DNA from: Candidatus Binatia bacterium
GTDB taxonomy: Bacteria; Desulfobacterota; Binatia; UBA9968; JAJDTQ01
Assembly (NCBI GenBank): GCA_963666515.2
Contig: OY762897.2
Coordinates: 1,024,001 to 1,088,000, forward strand
DNA: 64,000 bases
Direction: 5' to 3'
Under the pieces are notes generated by a model. It was given only the letters and a program-made list of their open reading frames with translations. It searched no databases and was not told where the DNA came from. Below, in pieces: positions 38,001-49,675 of the stretch; position 1 is the stretch's first letter; every line of letters starts with the position of its first letter. The translations under genes were made by a program, and so were the position numbers.

Positions 38001-40295
38001 ATGCTCATCGTCGTCCTCTCCGGTTTCGTCCTGGCCCTGCTGGCGCCGACTCTGTACCGACTGAGCGCGCGCTGGTCGGGATGCGTCTTCTCGCTGTTCC
38101 CCGCGGTCCTGGCGCTCTGGTTCCTGAGCCACATGGGAGAGGTGGTGGGCGGCCACGGGCTCCGGTTCACCTATCCCTGGATCCCGGCCATGGGGCTGGA
38201 GCTGTCCTTCAACCTGGACGGCCTGGGGCTGCTGTTCGCCCTGGCCATCACGGTGGTGGGGACGCTGATCATCACCTACGCCGGCAGCTACCTTCACGGC
38301 CATCCGTCGCTGCCGCGTTTCTACCTGTTCATCCTCATGTTCATGGCGTCCATGCTGGGCGTCGTCCTGTCCGACAACCTCATCGCGCTATTCGTGTTCT
38401 GGGAACTGACCAGCGTCACGTCCTACTTCCTGATCGGCTTCGAGCACGACAAGGACACGGCCCGGGCCGCGGCGCTGCAGGCGCTGATCGTGACCGGCAC
38501 CGGCGGCCTGGCGCTCATGGCGGGCGTGCTGCTCATGGGGCAGATCGGCGGCAGCTTCGAGATATCCGCGCTGGCCGCGGACAGCGCCGCGGTGCAGGGG
38601 CATCGCCTCTATCCGCTGGTGCTGGCGCTGGTCTTCGCCGGCGCATTCACCAAGTCGGCCCAGGTGCCGTTCCATTTCTGGCTGCCGTCGGCCATGGAGG
38701 CGCCCACGCCGGTGAGCGCGTACCTCCACTCCGCCACCATGGTCAAGGCCGGCGTCTATCTGCTGGCGCGGCTCAGCCCGGTGCTCGGCGGCAGCGACAT
38801 CTGGCTCTACGTGGTCACCGGCTTCGGCGCCGCCACCATGCTGGCAAGCGCGTACCAGGCGCTCTACCAGACCGATCTCAAGAAGATCCTGGCCTACTCC
38901 ACGGTGAGCGTCCTGGGCACCCTCACCATGCTGCTTGGCCTCGGCAGCAAGTATGCCATTCAGGCGGCCATGGTCTTTCTCATGGCCCACGTGCTCTACA
39001 AGGCGGCGCTGTTCCTGGTGGCCGGGTCCATCGACCACGAGACCGGCACCCGCGACGTCCGGCAGCTCGGCGGGCTGCGCAAGACCATGCCCATCATCTG
39101 CGCCGGCGCCGCGGTGGGCGCGCTCTCCATGGCCGGTCTGCCGCCGTTCTTCGGCTTCATCGGCAAGGAGGCGCTCTACGAGGCGCTGACCCACGACAAC
39201 GTGCTGGTGACAGTGGTGGGCGTGTTGACCAGCATGTTGCTCTTTGCCGTGGCTTGGCTGGCGGGCATCCGGCCGTTTTCCGGTGAGGAGACCCACACGC
39301 CCAAGCACCCCCACGACCCGCCCTGGACCATGTGGCTCGGTCCGGTGTTCCTGGGTTGCCTGAGCGTGCTGTTCGGGCTGATGCCGGCGCTGCCGGAGAA
39401 GCTCCTGTCGGCCGCCGCGGGGTCGGTGCTGGCCAAGGAAGTGCACATGCACCTGGCGCTGTGGCACGGGTTCAATGCGCTACTGGTGCTGAGCCTGGTG
39501 ACGTTCGGGCTGGGGGTGCTGGTATACCTGAACCTTGCCAAGCTGCAGAAGGTCACGGAGTTCGCGCTGCCGGCAGTCCGATGCGGACCGTCCCACTGGT
39601 ACGCGTTGTGGCTCCGTTTCCTCAACTGGTCGGCGGTGGGCCAGACCCGGGTGCTTCAGAACGGCTACCTGCGGCTCTACCTCGCCACAATCATGACGGT
39701 CACCGCGGTGCTCGCCTGGTACACCTTTCTCGCCCACGGGGACGCCGGCGTGATCGAGTTCAACTGGGGCGACATCGGCGTCCACGAGTGGGTGCTGGGT
39801 CTCGTGGCGCTGGCGGCGGCCATCGCCACGGTCAGGGCGAAGACCTTCCTGCGCGCGGTGGTGGCCCTCGGGGTGGTGGGCTACAGCGTGGCGCTGTTCT
39901 TCGTCCTCTACGGCGCCCCCGACCTCGCCATGACGCAGTTCCTCATCGAGACCCTGTCGCTCATCCTGTTCGTGTTCGTCTTCTACTACATGCCCCCGTT
40001 CAAGCGGTTCTCCACCCGCCCGGTGATGGCGCGGCACGCGGCCATCGGCGCCGCGGTGGGCGCGCTGTTCACGCTGCTGGTGCTGGTGGCCACCTCGGTC
40101 CAGTGGCATCCGACCATCTCCACCTACTTCTCGCAGAACTCGTACCTGATGGGGCAGGGACGGAACATCGTGAACGTGATCCTGGTGGACTTCAGGGGCT
40201 TCGACACGCTCGGCGAGATAACGGTGCTGGCGGTGGCCGGCATCGGCGTCTACTCGCTCATCAGGCTCAGGCTCGGGAAGAGGAGGGACTCGTGA
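38001..40295 (+). CDS. mrpA: Mrp Na+/H+ antiporter subunit A
   Basis: [58 protein letters not shown]. Confidence 0.95.
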   Translation: MLIVVLSGFVLALLAPTLYRLSARWSGCVFSLFPAVLALWFLSHMGEVVGGHGLRFTYPWIPAMGLELSFNLDGLGLLFALAITVVGTLIITYAGSYLHGHPSLPRFYLFILMFMASMLGVVLSDNLIALFVFWELTSVTSYFLIGFEHDKDTARAAALQALIVTGTGGLALMAGVLLMGQIGGSFEISALAADSAAVQGHRLYPLVLALVFAGAFTKSAQVPFHFWLPSAMEAPTPVSAYLHSATMVKAGVYLLARLSPVLGGSDIWLYVVTGFGAATMLASAYQALYQTDLKKILAYSTVSVLGTLTMLLGLGSKYAIQAAMVFLMAHVLYKAALFLVAGSIDHETGTRDVRQLGGLRKTMPIICAGAAVGALSMAGLPPFFGFIGKEALYEALTHDNVLVTVVGVLTSMLLFAVAWLAGIRPFSGEETHTPKHPHDPPWTMWLGPVFLGCLSVLFGLMPALPEKLLSAAAGSVLAKEVHMHLALWHGFNALLVLSLVTFGLGVLVYLNLAKLQKVTEFALPAVRCGPSHWYALWLRFLNWSAVGQTRVLQNGYLRLYLATIMTVTAVLAWYTFLAHGDAGVIEFNWGDIGVHEWVLGLVALAAAIATVRAKTFLRAVVALGVVGYSVALFFVLYGAPDLAMTQFLIETLSLILFVFVFYYMPPFKRFSTRPVMARHAAIGAAVGALFTLLVLVATSVQWHPTISTYFSQNSYLMGQGRNIVNVILVDFRGFDTLGEITVLAVAGIGVYSLIRLRLGKRRDS

Positions 40296-40714
40296 ACTCG
40301 CTGATTCTCAGGACGGCCAGCCGTTTCCTGCTGATCCTGCTGTTCCAGTTCTCCATCTTCCTGCTGCTGCGGGGGCACAACGACCCCGGCGGCGGCTTCG
40401 TCGGCGGGCTGGTGCTGGCCGCGGCGCTGACCCTCTACGCCATCGCCTACGACGTGCGCTCCATGCGCCGTTTCCTGCCGTGCCGGGCCCAGACCATCAT
40501 CGCCTGGGGCCTGCTGGCCGCGGGCGGGAGCGGCCTGTGGTCCATGTTCAAGGGGCAGCCGTTCATGACCGGCCAGTGGGCGCACGTCTACATCTTCGGC
40601 CTGGACCTGCACCTGGGCACGCCGCTGCTCTTCGACATCGGCGTCTACCTGACGGTGGTGGGGGTGGTGCTCATCATCATCATCAGCCTGGCGGAGGAAG
40701 TGGAGGACGACTAG
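40292..40714 (+). CDS. mrpB: Mrp antiporter subunit B
   Basis: [23 protein letters not shown]; GTG start overlapping the mrpA stop. Confidence 0.93.
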   Translation: MNSLILRTASRFLLILLFQFSIFLLLRGHNDPGGGFVGGLVLAAALTLYAIAYDVRSMRRFLPCRAQTIIAWGLLAAGGSGLWSMFKGQPFMTGQWAHVYIFGLDLHLGTPLLFDIGVYLTVVGVVLIIIISLAEEVEDD

Positions 40715-41061
40715 TGGAAGCCCTGCTCGCCATCGTCATCGGCGTTCTCTATGCCTCCGGCGTCTACATGCTCATGCGCCGGAGCATCGTGAAGCTCATC
40801 ATCGGGCTGGCGCTCCTGGCCCACGGCGCGAGCCTGCTGGTGTTCACCGCCGCGGGCCTCACCCGCGCGGTCCCGCCGGTGATACCCGAGGGGGCCAAGG
40901 CCATCACCGGAACGGTGGCGGACCCGCTGCCCCAGGCGTTGATCCTCACGGCCATCGTCATCAGCTTCGGCGTGCAGGCCTTCGCCATGGTGCTGGCCTA
41001 CCGGGCGTATCAGACCGTGGGCACCGACGACCTCGACGACATGAAGGCAACCGACACGTGA
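40714..41061 (+). CDS. mrpC: Mrp antiporter subunit C
   Basis: [17 protein letters not shown]. Confidence 0.94.
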   Translation: MEALLAIVIGVLYASGVYMLMRRSIVKLIIGLALLAHGASLLVFTAAGLTRAVPPVIPEGAKAITGTVADPLPQALILTAIVISFGVQAFAMVLAYRAYQTVGTDDLDDMKATDT

Positions 41062-42557
41062 ACTCGCTCATCGCCCTGCCCATACTGATCCCCCTGTTCG
41101 TGGGGGCCGCCTGCGTGGTGGTGTGGCGCTACGTGAGCGCACAGCGGATCCTCACCCTGGCCGGCAGCATCGTCTACCTCGCGGTCGCCGTGGTGTTGCT
41201 GGAACGCGTCGCCTCGGAGGGAATCCAGGCGGTGCAGAAGGGCGCCTGGATCGCCCCCTTCGGCATCACGATCGTGGCCGACATGTTCAGCGCCGTCATG
41301 ATCGCCACCACCGGGGTGGTGACGCTGGTGATCGTCGTCTACTCGCTGGGCTCCATGGACCGCGACCGGGAGGCCTGGGGCTACTACCCGCTGTTCAACA
41401 TCCTCATCATGGGCGTGTCCGGCGCCTTCCTGACCGGCGACATCTTCAACCTGTTCGTCTGGTTCGAGGTGCTCTTGATCTCGTCCTTCGTGCTGCTGGC
41501 GCTGGGCGGCGAGCGCGCGCAACTCGAAGGCGCCATCAAGTACGTCACCCTCAACCTGGTGGCGTCGGCGTTCTTCCTGGCCGCGGTGGGCATCCTCTAC
41601 GCCATGGCCGGCTCCCTCAACATGGCGGACCTGTCGGTGCGGCTCCGGGACGTGGCGCAGCCGGGCCTGGTGACCACCCTCGCCATCCTGTTCCTGGTGG
41701 CTTTCGGCATCAAGGGCGCCATCTTCCCGTTGTTCTTCTGGCTGCCGGCCTCCTACCACACGCCGCCGGTGGCGATCTCCGGAATCTTCGGCGGGCTGCT
41801 GACCAAGGTCGGCGTGTACGCGCTGATCCGGGTGTTCACGCTGCTGTTCCTGAACAACGTGGACTACACCCACACCATCATCCTGTGGGTGGGCGCCATC
41901 ACCATGGTCACGGGCGTGCTGGGCGCGGTGGCCCAGTACGAGTTCCGGCGGCTCCTGTCGTTCCACATCGTGAGCCAGATCGGCTACATGGTCATGGGCC
42001 TCGGGTTCTTCACCCCGTTGGCCTTGTCGGGCACGGTGTTCTTCATCGTCCACAACATCTTCGTCAAGACCAACCTGTTCCTGGTGAGCGGGGTCTCGCA
42101 CCGGTTCCACGGCACCTACGACCTGAAGAAGCTGGGCGGCCTCTACCGGGCTCACCCGTGGGTGTCCATGCTGTTCCTGCTGTCGGCGTTCTCGCTGGCC
42201 GGGGTGCCGCCGCTTTCCGGGTTCTTCGGCAAGCTGGTGCTGGTCAAGGCCGGGCTCGGCCTGGAGCAGTTCGTGGTGGTGGCCGCGGCCCTGGGGGTGA
42301 GCCTGCTGACGCTCTTTTCCATGACCAAGATCTGGGCCGAGGCGTTCTGGAAGCCCCTGCCGGAGGGGACCGCGGTGAACGCGCCGGGCGGCGGCTTGGC
42401 GCTCATGCTGGGCGCCATCGTGACCCTCGCGGTCCTGGCCGTGGTCATGGGCGTGGCCGCCGGACCCTTCTTCGAGCTGGCGCAACAGGCGGGCGACCAG
42501 TTGACGAACCCGGAGCCGTACATCCGGGCCGTGCTCGGAGCGAGGGGGGGATCATGA
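41058..42557 (+). CDS. mrpD: Mrp antiporter subunit D
   Basis: [42 protein letters not shown]. Confidence 0.95.
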   Translation: MNSLIALPILIPLFVGAACVVVWRYVSAQRILTLAGSIVYLAVAVVLLERVASEGIQAVQKGAWIAPFGITIVADMFSAVMIATTGVVTLVIVVYSLGSMDRDREAWGYYPLFNILIMGVSGAFLTGDIFNLFVWFEVLLISSFVLLALGGERAQLEGAIKYVTLNLVASAFFLAAVGILYAMAGSLNMADLSVRLRDVAQPGLVTTLAILFLVAFGIKGAIFPLFFWLPASYHTPPVAISGIFGGLLTKVGVYALIRVFTLLFLNNVDYTHTIILWVGAITMVTGVLGAVAQYEFRRLLSFHIVSQIGYMVMGLGFFTPLALSGTVFFIVHNIFVKTNLFLVSGVSHRFHGTYDLKKLGGLYRAHPWVSMLFLLSAFSLAGVPPLSGFFGKLVLVKAGLGLEQFVVVAAALGVSLLTLFSMTKIWAEAFWKPLPEGTAVNAPGGGLALMLGAIVTLAVLAVVMGVAAGPFFELAQQAGDQLTNPEPYIRAVLGARGGS

Positions 42558-43027
42558 CCGTTCTCCTTTGGAACATCCTGCTGGCGGTGAGCTGGGCCGC
42601 GTTGACCGGAGAGGTGACGGCGCTGAGCCTCGCCGTGGGCTTCGTCTTCGGCTTCGTGATCCTGTACGCGGTGCGGCGGCTGCTGCGGCCCTCCCGGTAT
42701 TTCGAGAAGCTGTGGCAGAGCGTCCGGCTGGCCTCGCTGTTTGCCTGGGAGCTGCTGCTGGCGAACCTGCGCATCGCCTACGAGGTGGCGACCCCGTCCC
42801 ACAACATGAAGCCCGGGGTGGTGGCGATCCCGCTGGACGCCGAGACCGACGCCGAGATCACGCTGCTGGCGAACCTCATCACCCTGACCCCCGGCACCTT
42901 GAGCCTCGACGTGTCGGACGACCGGCGGGTGCTCTACATCCACGCCATGTACGTGGACGACGCCGAGGAGATGGTCCGGTCCATCAAGGACGGGTTCGAG
43001 AAACGCGTCATGGAGTTGCTGCGATGA
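42554..43027 (+). CDS. mrpE: Mrp antiporter subunit E
   Basis: [19 protein letters not shown]. Confidence 0.93.
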   Translation: MTVLLWNILLAVSWAALTGEVTALSLAVGFVFGFVILYAVRRLLRPSRYFEKLWQSVRLASLFAWELLLANLRIAYEVATPSHNMKPGVVAIPLDAETDAEITLLANLITLTPGTLSLDVSDDRRVLYIHAMYVDDAEEMVRSIKDGFEKRVMELLR

Positions 43028-43293
43028 CGACCCTGGCTTTCGTTCTGCTCGCTGTCATGAGTCTTGGCATCGTGCTGGTCTTCATCCGCCTGCTGCGGGG
43101 TCCCAACATCCCGGACCGGCTGGTGGCGCTGGACCTGCTGACCACCGTGGGGGTCGGGGTCGCCGCCCTCTACGGCATCGCCTTCGACGAGCCGGTGTAC
43201 CTGGACGTGGCCATCGTGCTGGCGCTGGTGGCCTTCCTGGGCACGGTCACGTTCTCCCGCTACATCGAGAAATGGGCACACCATGGTGACTGA
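43024..43293 (+). CDS. mrpF: Mrp antiporter subunit F
   Basis: RLLRGPNIPDRLVALD, AFLGTV. Confidence 0.93.
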   Translation: MTTLAFVLLAVMSLGIVLVFIRLLRGPNIPDRLVALDLLTTVGVGVAALYGIAFDEPVYLDVAIVLALVAFLGTVTFSRYIEKWAHHGD

Positions 43294-43630
43294 CATCATC
43301 TGCGCCGCGTTCATGATCATCGGCACCGCCTTCATGTTCCTGGGGTGCCTGGGCATCCTGCGCATGCCGGACCTGCTCACCCGCATGCAGACCGCCACCA
43401 AGCCCCCGACCTTGGGTGTGGCTTGTCTGATGGTGTCGGTGGCGCTCTACTTCCCGGACATCGGCGTCACCGTCCGGGTTCTGGCCATCACGCTGTTCGT
43501 CTTCCTCACCGCGCCCGTATCCGCGCACATGATCGGCCGCGCCGGCTACCAGGTGGGGGTCAAGTTCTGGAAGGGCACGGTCCAGGACGACCTCAAGGAC
43601 AAGTACCGCGGCACGTCCCTCGATTCGTGA
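43283..43630 (+). CDS. mrpG: Mrp antiporter subunit G
   Basis: GILRMPDLLTRMQTATK, LTAPVSAHMIGRA. Confidence 0.93.
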   Translation: MVTDIICAAFMIIGTAFMFLGCLGILRMPDLLTRMQTATKPPTLGVACLMVSVALYFPDIGVTVRVLAITLFVFLTAPVSAHMIGRAGYQVGVKFWKGTVQDDLKDKYRGTSLDS

Positions 43631-43653
43631 AAGGGCGGAGCGCGCCCGCGCGA

Positions 43654-44595
43654 TCATACGTTGGCGAGGGGGCCGTATTCGAGGATGACGTACACGGCAT
43701 AGACGGCGAGGAAGAGCACGCCCGCCGGACGTCCGAGCCGCCCCTGCAGCGCCAACCAGGGGATCAGCACAATCGTCGCGCCCATCATCGTCCAGACGGC
43801 GAGATGGAGCAGGTGCGCCGGAATGTCGAGCGGATGGACGACCGCCACGAGACCGCCGATGGCCAGCAGGTTGAAGATGTTGGCGCCGAGCACGTTGCCG
43901 ACCGCCACCTCGGAATGGCCGCGGTAGGCGGAGACCACCGCGGTGGCAAGCTCCGGCAGCGAGGTCCCTACCGCGACGACCGTCACGCCGATGACCGCCT
44001 CGGACACGCCCAGCAGGCGGGCAAGCCCGATGGCGCCTTCGACCAGCAGGTGCGAGCCCAGGACCACGCCGCCCAGACCGATGGCGAGCGTGCCGACGGC
44101 CATCCAGGTCGGCCGGCCGCTCCCGTCGGCCTCCGCCTGAGCCTCCGGGGGGTTGCGGAGCGCCCGCCGGTAGGAGATCACCGTGAACGCGGCCAGACAG
44201 GCCAGCAGCAGCACGCCGTCGAGACGGCTCAGACTGCCGGCCATTCCCAGCACGAGGAACAGCGCCGCCACGCCGATGGCGGCGCCGCCCTCGAAGCGGA
44301 CCTCGCGCGGGTTCACCACAATGGGAGAGACGCAGGCGGCCGCGCCGAGAATCAGGAGCAGGTTGCAGATGTTGCTGCCGACGATATTCCCGATGGCGAT
44401 TCCGGGCGCGCTGCGGATGGCCGCCTCCAGGCTCACCAGCAACTCCGGCATGGTGGTGCAATAGGCGACCACGGTGAGCCCGATGATCAGGGGCGAGACG
44501 CCGAGACGCCGTGCGAGCTGCACCGCGCCGCGCAACACGAACTCCGCACCGCCCAGGAGCAGGACGAAGCCGCCGGCCAATTCCAGGTAGATCAT
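43654..44595 (-). CDS. yrbG: Calcium/sodium antiporter (YrbG family)
   Basis: Alpha repeats TTMPEL...GNIVGSN and GTSLPEL...GNVLGAN. Confidence 0.9.
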   Translation of the reverse strand: MIYLELAGGFVLLLGGAEFVLRGAVQLARRLGVSPLIIGLTVVAYCTTMPELLVSLEAAIRSAPGIAIGNIVGSNICNLLLILGAAACVSPIVVNPREVRFEGGAAIGVAALFLVLGMAGSLSRLDGVLLLACLAAFTVISYRRALRNPPEAQAEADGSGRPTWMAVGTLAIGLGGVVLGSHLLVEGAIGLARLLGVSEAVIGVTVVAVGTSLPELATAVVSAYRGHSEVAVGNVLGANIFNLLAIGGLVAVVHPLDIPAHLLHLAVWTMMGATIVLIPWLALQGRLGRPAGVLFLAVYAVYVILEYGPLANV

Positions 44596-44780
44596 GAGGG
44601 TCAGCTTTGATGGATCGGGAAAGCCCCAAGGTTCTCCATTTGAATAATATGATCCCCGCCGTCGGTCAATCGCGCGCGTGGAACGCTCGTGCTTGAAGCG
44701 CCGGGGTCCCGCCGGACGGTGGATTACCCGTAACGCGATCTGGTAGTGTCGGAACCGGACCTTGAAGGGGAGAAGGGGAC

Positions 44781-45701
44781 ATGGGAATCGGCATTGGCAT
44801 CGGCTTCACCGGCTGGCCCTTCGGGGAGCCCGACCCGGAGGCGTTCTGGAGCGCCGTGGACCTGGCGGAGGACTTGGCCATCGACTCGCTGTGGCTGAGC
44901 GACCGGGTGGTGTCGGAGACGTTGAGCCTGGAGCCCGTGGTGGCCCTGTCGTGCGTGGCGGCGCGCACGCGCAAGATGAAGTTCGGCACCAGCGTCATGG
45001 CCCTCCCGCTCAGGAACCCCACGGTGCTGGCCAAGGAGCTCGCCACCCTGGACTTCCTGTCGGGCGGGCGCCTGCTGCTGGTCGTGGGCCTCGGGCGCGA
45101 CGACGACACCGAGCTGCAAGCATGCGGCATCCACCGCTCCGAGCGCGCCGGCCGCACCGAGGAAATGGTGCACCTGCTGCGCGCTCTGTGGTCGGGGAAC
45201 GGGGTCAGCTTCGAGGGAAAGTACTACCGGCTCGAGGACGTGTCCATTCAACCCAAGCCCGCCCAAGCCGATCCGCCGATCTGGGTGGGGGGCCGCAGCG
45301 GCCCCGCCTTCCGGCGCACCGCCCGTCTGGCCGACGGCTGGCTGGCCTCGCAGATGATTCCCTCGGAAGTGGAGACCGCCATCGCGCGCATCCGGAAGCA
45401 CGCCGCCGACTACGGCCGCCGGATCGACGACGACCACTTCGGCGTGCTCTTCAACTACTGCTTTGCCAAGGACACCGAGGAAGCCGCCCGCCTCGCCCGC
45501 CCCTACGCCCTCCGCAACCGTACGGACGTCGATTTCACCGAAACCTCGGCTCTGGGAACCGCCCAGGACATCGCCGCCGCCGTCCAGCGCTTCATCGACG
45601 CCGGCGCCTCCAAGTTCGTCGCCCGCCCCGCCTGCCCGCCGGAGGCTGTCCACGACCAACTCAGGCGTCTCGGCACGGAGGTCATCCCACGGTTTGTGTG
45701 A
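44781..45701 (+). CDS. LLM-class flavin-dependent oxidoreductase
   Basis: DSLWLSDR, LAKELATLDFLSGGR, PKP...PPIWVGG, ADGW. Confidence 0.9.
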   Translation: MGIGIGIGFTGWPFGEPDPEAFWSAVDLAEDLAIDSLWLSDRVVSETLSLEPVVALSCVAARTRKMKFGTSVMALPLRNPTVLAKELATLDFLSGGRLLLVVGLGRDDDTELQACGIHRSERAGRTEEMVHLLRALWSGNGVSFEGKYYRLEDVSIQPKPAQADPPIWVGGRSGPAFRRTARLADGWLASQMIPSEVETAIARIRKHAADYGRRIDDDHFGVLFNYCFAKDTEEAARLARPYALRNRTDVDFTETSALGTAQDIAAAVQRFIDAGASKFVARPACPPEAVHDQLRRLGTEVIPRFV

Positions 45702-46071
45702 AGGCGGCCCTTCCCCCGTGGAGCTTTTCGTCGTCGGGCACCGTGTCGGTCACCAGGTCGCGGATCAGAGGCCGCTTGGGCAGCGGCTCGACCTTGGCCC
45801 CGGCAGGGGCCAGGCGGGCGGTGCACATGTAGGCGACCTCGCCGTCCACCAGCGCCATGCAGGTCTTGCACGCGTTGGCGTTGACGCACCCGTAGCGGAA
45901 GGCGAGGCTCGAGTCCACGTGACCGCGTATCCATACCAGCGCGTCCAGCACGGACATGCCCTCTTCGTAGGGAACGCGGTACACGTCGTAGCGGCCGTCG
46001 TCCTCGCTCCGGCCGCGCCACACGCGAAGCTCCGTCGTTTCGGCGGTGGCTGTGGTAGTTTCGTCGGTCAT
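45682..46071 (-). CDS. Stand-alone 2Fe-2S protein (SdhB/FrdB N-terminal domain-like)
   Basis: SVLDAL..IR...DSSLAFRYGCVNANACKTC...MC...VEPL...IRDLV; ATG 46071 overlaps the upstream stop. Confidence 0.85.
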   Translation of the reverse strand: MTDETTTATAETTELRVWRGRSEDDGRYDVYRVPYEEGMSVLDALVWIRGHVDSSLAFRYGCVNANACKTCMALVDGEVAYMCTARLAPAGAKVEPLPKRPLIRDLVTDTVPDDEKLHGGRAAFTQTVG

Positions 46072-47771
46072 CGGGAATTCTCGCTGCGTGCCCGCCAGAG
46101 TCCGGCCTCGCGCGGCCACCGGGCGGTGATCTCCGCGCCCCTCATCTCCACCGCCTGGTTGCTGACCAATCGTGGGTCGCTGTCCGGGAAGTCCAGACGC
46201 TGGTGCGCGCCGCGGCTCTCGGTGCGGCCAATGGCGGCCCGCACCACCGCTTCGGCGGTGGTGAGCATGGCCCTGAGCTCCAGCCGGTCCTGGAGGTCGA
46301 GGTTGAAGCCCTCGGCGGGACGGACGGCAACCGGCGATTCCCGCAGCGCGTGGATGTCGTCGAGCGCCTGCCGGAGTTGGTCCCCGGTGCGGAAGGGTCC
46401 GGCGTTCTCCCACATGATGCCCTGCAGCTTTCGTCCCAGCACGTTGGCGGGCGCGCCGCTGTCGCCGTCGGCGCCCAGAGCCAAGTGAAGGCGCTCCACC
46501 GCGCCTTCGGCGGCCCGCGCGTTCCACCCGTGCGGAACACCGGCGACCGCGGCGGCGGCTTTCTGGCCGGCGCGCTCCCCGAACACCAGCGCCTCGGTGA
46601 TGGCGTTGCCCGACAGCCGGTTGGCGCCGTTGGCGCCGCCCACGGCCTCTCCGGCGGCGTAGAGGCCGGGGACGCGGGTCTCCATGCGGCCGTTCACGCG
46701 GATGCCGCCCATGTGGTAATGGGCCGTTGGCGCCACCTCCACCGGCGTCTGCGTGAGATCGATTCCGTTGTGAGCCAACCGGTCGATCACGGGACCGAAG
46801 GCCAACCTCAGGGTCTCGTCGGGCACGTGCCGGAAGTCCAGGTAGACGCCCCCGTGCGGCGAGCCGCGGCCGGCCTCTACTTCCTTCAGGATGGCGTAGG
46901 AGGCCTGGTCCCGTACAGTGGTGTAGGTGCCGCTGTCCTGGCCGCCGTACCGGTGCATGAACTCTTCGAAGTCGCCGTTGAGCAGGCGTCCGCCGAGCTT
47001 GTAGCGGAACGGGTCCCACATGATGGGGTCCATGCCCACCAGCCGCGGCGCCAGGTGGGCGATGGGAAAGAACTGGACGAACTCCATGTCGATGAGATCG
47101 GCCCCGGCCCACAGGGCCAGGGCGTAGGCTTCGCCGCCCATGTTGGTGGACGCGCTGTTGCGGCGGTAGATCTTGGTGAGGCCGCCGGCGGCCAGGACCA
47201 CGGCCTTGGCGGCGAAGGTGACCACGTCGCCGGAGACCACGTCCATGCCAACCGCGCCCACGGCGCGGCCTTCGTGCACCACGATGTCCGTCACCGCGAC
47301 GTTGCTCACGCGACGCACGGAACCCAGGGTGCTCACCTGCCGCCGCAGGGTGCCCGCCACCCCCGGGCCGGTGTTCAGGAAGTCCACGTAGCAGCAGCGG
47401 GCGCGGCCGTGTCCGGGCGCCTTGACCTGGCGGATGCGGTCGTCGGCGCCGCGCGCCCAGTGGGCGCCCCAGCCGTCCATCTCGAAGATCCTTGCCGGGC
47501 CGTTCTCGCACAGCAGCCGGGCCAAGCCCTCGTCGCACAGCTCGCGGCCCGCGGCCAGGGTGTCCTGGAGGTGGTCGGTCCAGTGGTCGGGCTCTTCGTG
47601 GCCGATGGCCGCGGCCACGGTCATCTGGGCCATGATGGTGGCGCCGCCGCGGCCCACCAGGGACTTGTCCAGCAAGAGCACCGACGCGTCCTCCCGGGCC
47701 GCGGCGATGGCCGCGTACATTCCCGCGCCGCCTGCTCCCACCACCAGCACGTCTGCCGTCAAATGGGTCAC
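46068..47771 (-). CDS. SdhA/FrdA/NadB-family flavoprotein
   Basis: VVGAGGAG, DMEFVQFFP, RD, AHYHMGGI, GANRLSGN, RTESRGAH. Confidence 0.9.
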   Translation of the reverse strand: MTHLTADVLVVGAGGAGMYAAIAAAREDASVLLLDKSLVGRGGATIMAQMTVAAAIGHEEPDHWTDHLQDTLAAGRELCDEGLARLLCENGPARIFEMDGWGAHWARGADDRIRQVKAPGHGRARCCYVDFLNTGPGVAGTLRRQVSTLGSVRRVSNVAVTDIVVHEGRAVGAVGMDVVSGDVVTFAAKAVVLAAGGLTKIYRRNSASTNMGGEAYALALWAGADLIDMEFVQFFPIAHLAPRLVGMDPIMWDPFRYKLGGRLLNGDFEEFMHRYGGQDSGTYTTVRDQASYAILKEVEAGRGSPHGGVYLDFRHVPDETLRLAFGPVIDRLAHNGIDLTQTPVEVAPTAHYHMGGIRVNGRMETRVPGLYAAGEAVGGANGANRLSGNAITEALVFGERAGQKAAAAVAGVPHGWNARAAEGAVERLHLALGADGDSGAPANVLGRKLQGIMWENAGPFRTGDQLRQALDDIHALRESPVAVRPAEGFNLDLQDRLELRAMLTTAEAVVRAAIGRTESRGAHQRLDFPDSDPRLVSNQAVEMRGAEITARWPREAGLWRARSENSR

Positions 47772-47965
47772 GTCGAGAGTCTAGTCAAAAGCGGGGAGAC
47801 CGTCCAGCCGGCGGCTTGCGCGGCAACTGCCCTGACCGGCTCCGGGAAGCCTCGGGGTTCGGCTCCGCGCCCGCGCTTTCCTTGACGCAACCGAGACTTT
47901 CGGTCTAACTAAGGGAATCGGAAGGGCAGCTACGAATTCCACACCCGGCAAAGGGGGAACAAGAC

Positions 47966-49639
47966 ATGGCGCATGATCTGGTTGTGAAGAACGGGCTCGT
48001 GGTGGACGGCACCGGCAGTCCCGGTTTCGAGGCGGACGTGGCGGTAGACGGGGGAACCATCGCGGCCATCGGCAAGGACGTGGGGCAGGGCGCGACCGAG
48101 ATCGACGCCCGCGGACAGGTGGTGGCCCCGGGCTTTATCGACTCCCACACCCACATGGACCTGTTCATCGTGCAGTATCCCCACGGCAACCCCGTGGTCA
48201 ACTACGGCGTCACCTCCATAGTCATCGGCGACTGCGGCGCCTCCATCGCGCCGGTGCCGCCCAAGGGCGAGCCGCGCGACGTGCTGATCGCCTACCTGCG
48301 CCGGGTGCTCGACGACTACGTCAACGACAACGACTGGAAATGGACGACTTTCCCCGAGTACCTCGACTACCTGGAGGGCCGGGTCGGCGTGAACGTCGCC
48401 GCGCTGGTGCCGCACTCTCCGGTGCGGCTGATGGTGATGGGCGAGGCCGCCTACAAGCGGGAGTCCACCCCGGAGGAGCTGGAGAGCATGAAGCAGATGG
48501 TCCGGGAGGGCATGGAGGCCGGCGGCATCGGCTTCTCGTCCAGCCCGCGCGGCGGCCCGGCCATCCATGCCGGCACCCCCAGCACGCTGGCCACCCAGGA
48601 GGAGATGGCGGCCCTGGCCAACGTAGCAGGCGAGTACGGCGGCTGCTTCCAGTTCAACGGTTTCGGCAACCTGCTCAAACCCGAAAGCGGGTTCCCCGAA
48701 CTGGTGGAGAAGATCAACGTGCCGATGATCGGCAACGAGTTCCGGGTCAGGCCCGGCGAGAAGGAAGACGGGCTGCGGGCCATCCAGCTCATGAAGGAAG
48801 CCAGGGAGAGGGGCAAGGACATCTACGGCGTGGTCATCCCCTACTCGCACATCCGCCGCTTCAACCTCGACGATTGCTTCATCCTGGACGGGCTGCCTCT
48901 GTGGGAGGAGATCAAGGGCGACCGCAAGGAGCTGCCGCGCAAGCTTCAGGATCCCGAGGTGCGGCGCAGGCTGGACGAGCAACGGCGCGAGAACGCGGGC
49001 GAGCCGGCGTATCCCGAATGGCTCGGATGGGGCGGCGTGTACTTCGATGTGATGCAGCGCGAGGACCTCAAGTCCCTGGAAGGCCAGAACGTGGCGCAGA
49101 TCGCCGGGGGCAACGGCAAGTCCGAGGTGGACGTCTTCTTCGACACGTGGCTGGAGGACGGCTTGGCTTCCAAGCTCTACTACCAGGGCTTCGCCAACGG
49201 ACACCAGGATCTGCTGGCCGAGATGATCAAGACCACCGAGGGGCTCATCGGCACCGACGCCGGCGCGCACCTGGACCGCTTCTTCTGGCACGGCGCGCCC
49301 ACCCGTGTGCTGGGCTACTGGCGCCGCGACAAGAACCTGTTCAACCTCGAGGAGGCCGTCCACAAGGTGACCGGCCATCCCGCGGCCAAGCTCAGGATGA
49401 ACCGCGGCATCCTCAAGACCGGCCTGCCGGCCGACGTCACGGTGTTCGACCCCGACAAGATCGACGATTTGGCCAGCAAGCGCATGCCGGCCAAGCTCGA
49501 TGAGGAGGAGATCCACCGCCATCCGCCCGGCATCGCCGCGGTGGTGGTCAACGGGGAGGTAGTGCTGGAGAACGGCGAGTGCAAGGACGTCTTCCCCGGC
49601 CAGGTGAGACGCCAGGATCTCTTCGTTCAGGGACAGTAG
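47966..49639 (+). CDS. N-acyl-D-amino-acid deacylase family amidohydrolase
   Basis: VVDGTG, APGFIDSHTHMD, GVTSIVIGDCG, TDAGAH, ADVTVFDP. Confidence 0.9.
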   Translation: MAHDLVVKNGLVVDGTGSPGFEADVAVDGGTIAAIGKDVGQGATEIDARGQVVAPGFIDSHTHMDLFIVQYPHGNPVVNYGVTSIVIGDCGASIAPVPPKGEPRDVLIAYLRRVLDDYVNDNDWKWTTFPEYLDYLEGRVGVNVAALVPHSPVRLMVMGEAAYKRESTPEELESMKQMVREGMEAGGIGFSSSPRGGPAIHAGTPSTLATQEEMAALANVAGEYGGCFQFNGFGNLLKPESGFPELVEKINVPMIGNEFRVRPGEKEDGLRAIQLMKEARERGKDIYGVVIPYSHIRRFNLDDCFILDGLPLWEEIKGDRKELPRKLQDPEVRRRLDEQRRENAGEPAYPEWLGWGGVYFDVMQREDLKSLEGQNVAQIAGGNGKSEVDVFFDTWLEDGLASKLYYQGFANGHQDLLAEMIKTTEGLIGTDAGAHLDRFFWHGAPTRVLGYWRRDKNLFNLEEAVHKVTGHPAAKLRMNRGILKTGLPADVTVFDPDKIDDLASKRMPAKLDEEEIHRHPPGIAAVVVNGEVVLENGECKDVFPGQVRRQDLFVQGQ

Positions 49640-49675
49640 CGCCGGACGTGCCGGAAGCGGGGGACAGGAGGTAGC

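Noticed and set aside
46068-47771. Canonical sdhA or nadB assignment
   Set aside because: Key His residues are missing; no sdhCD or nadAC nearby
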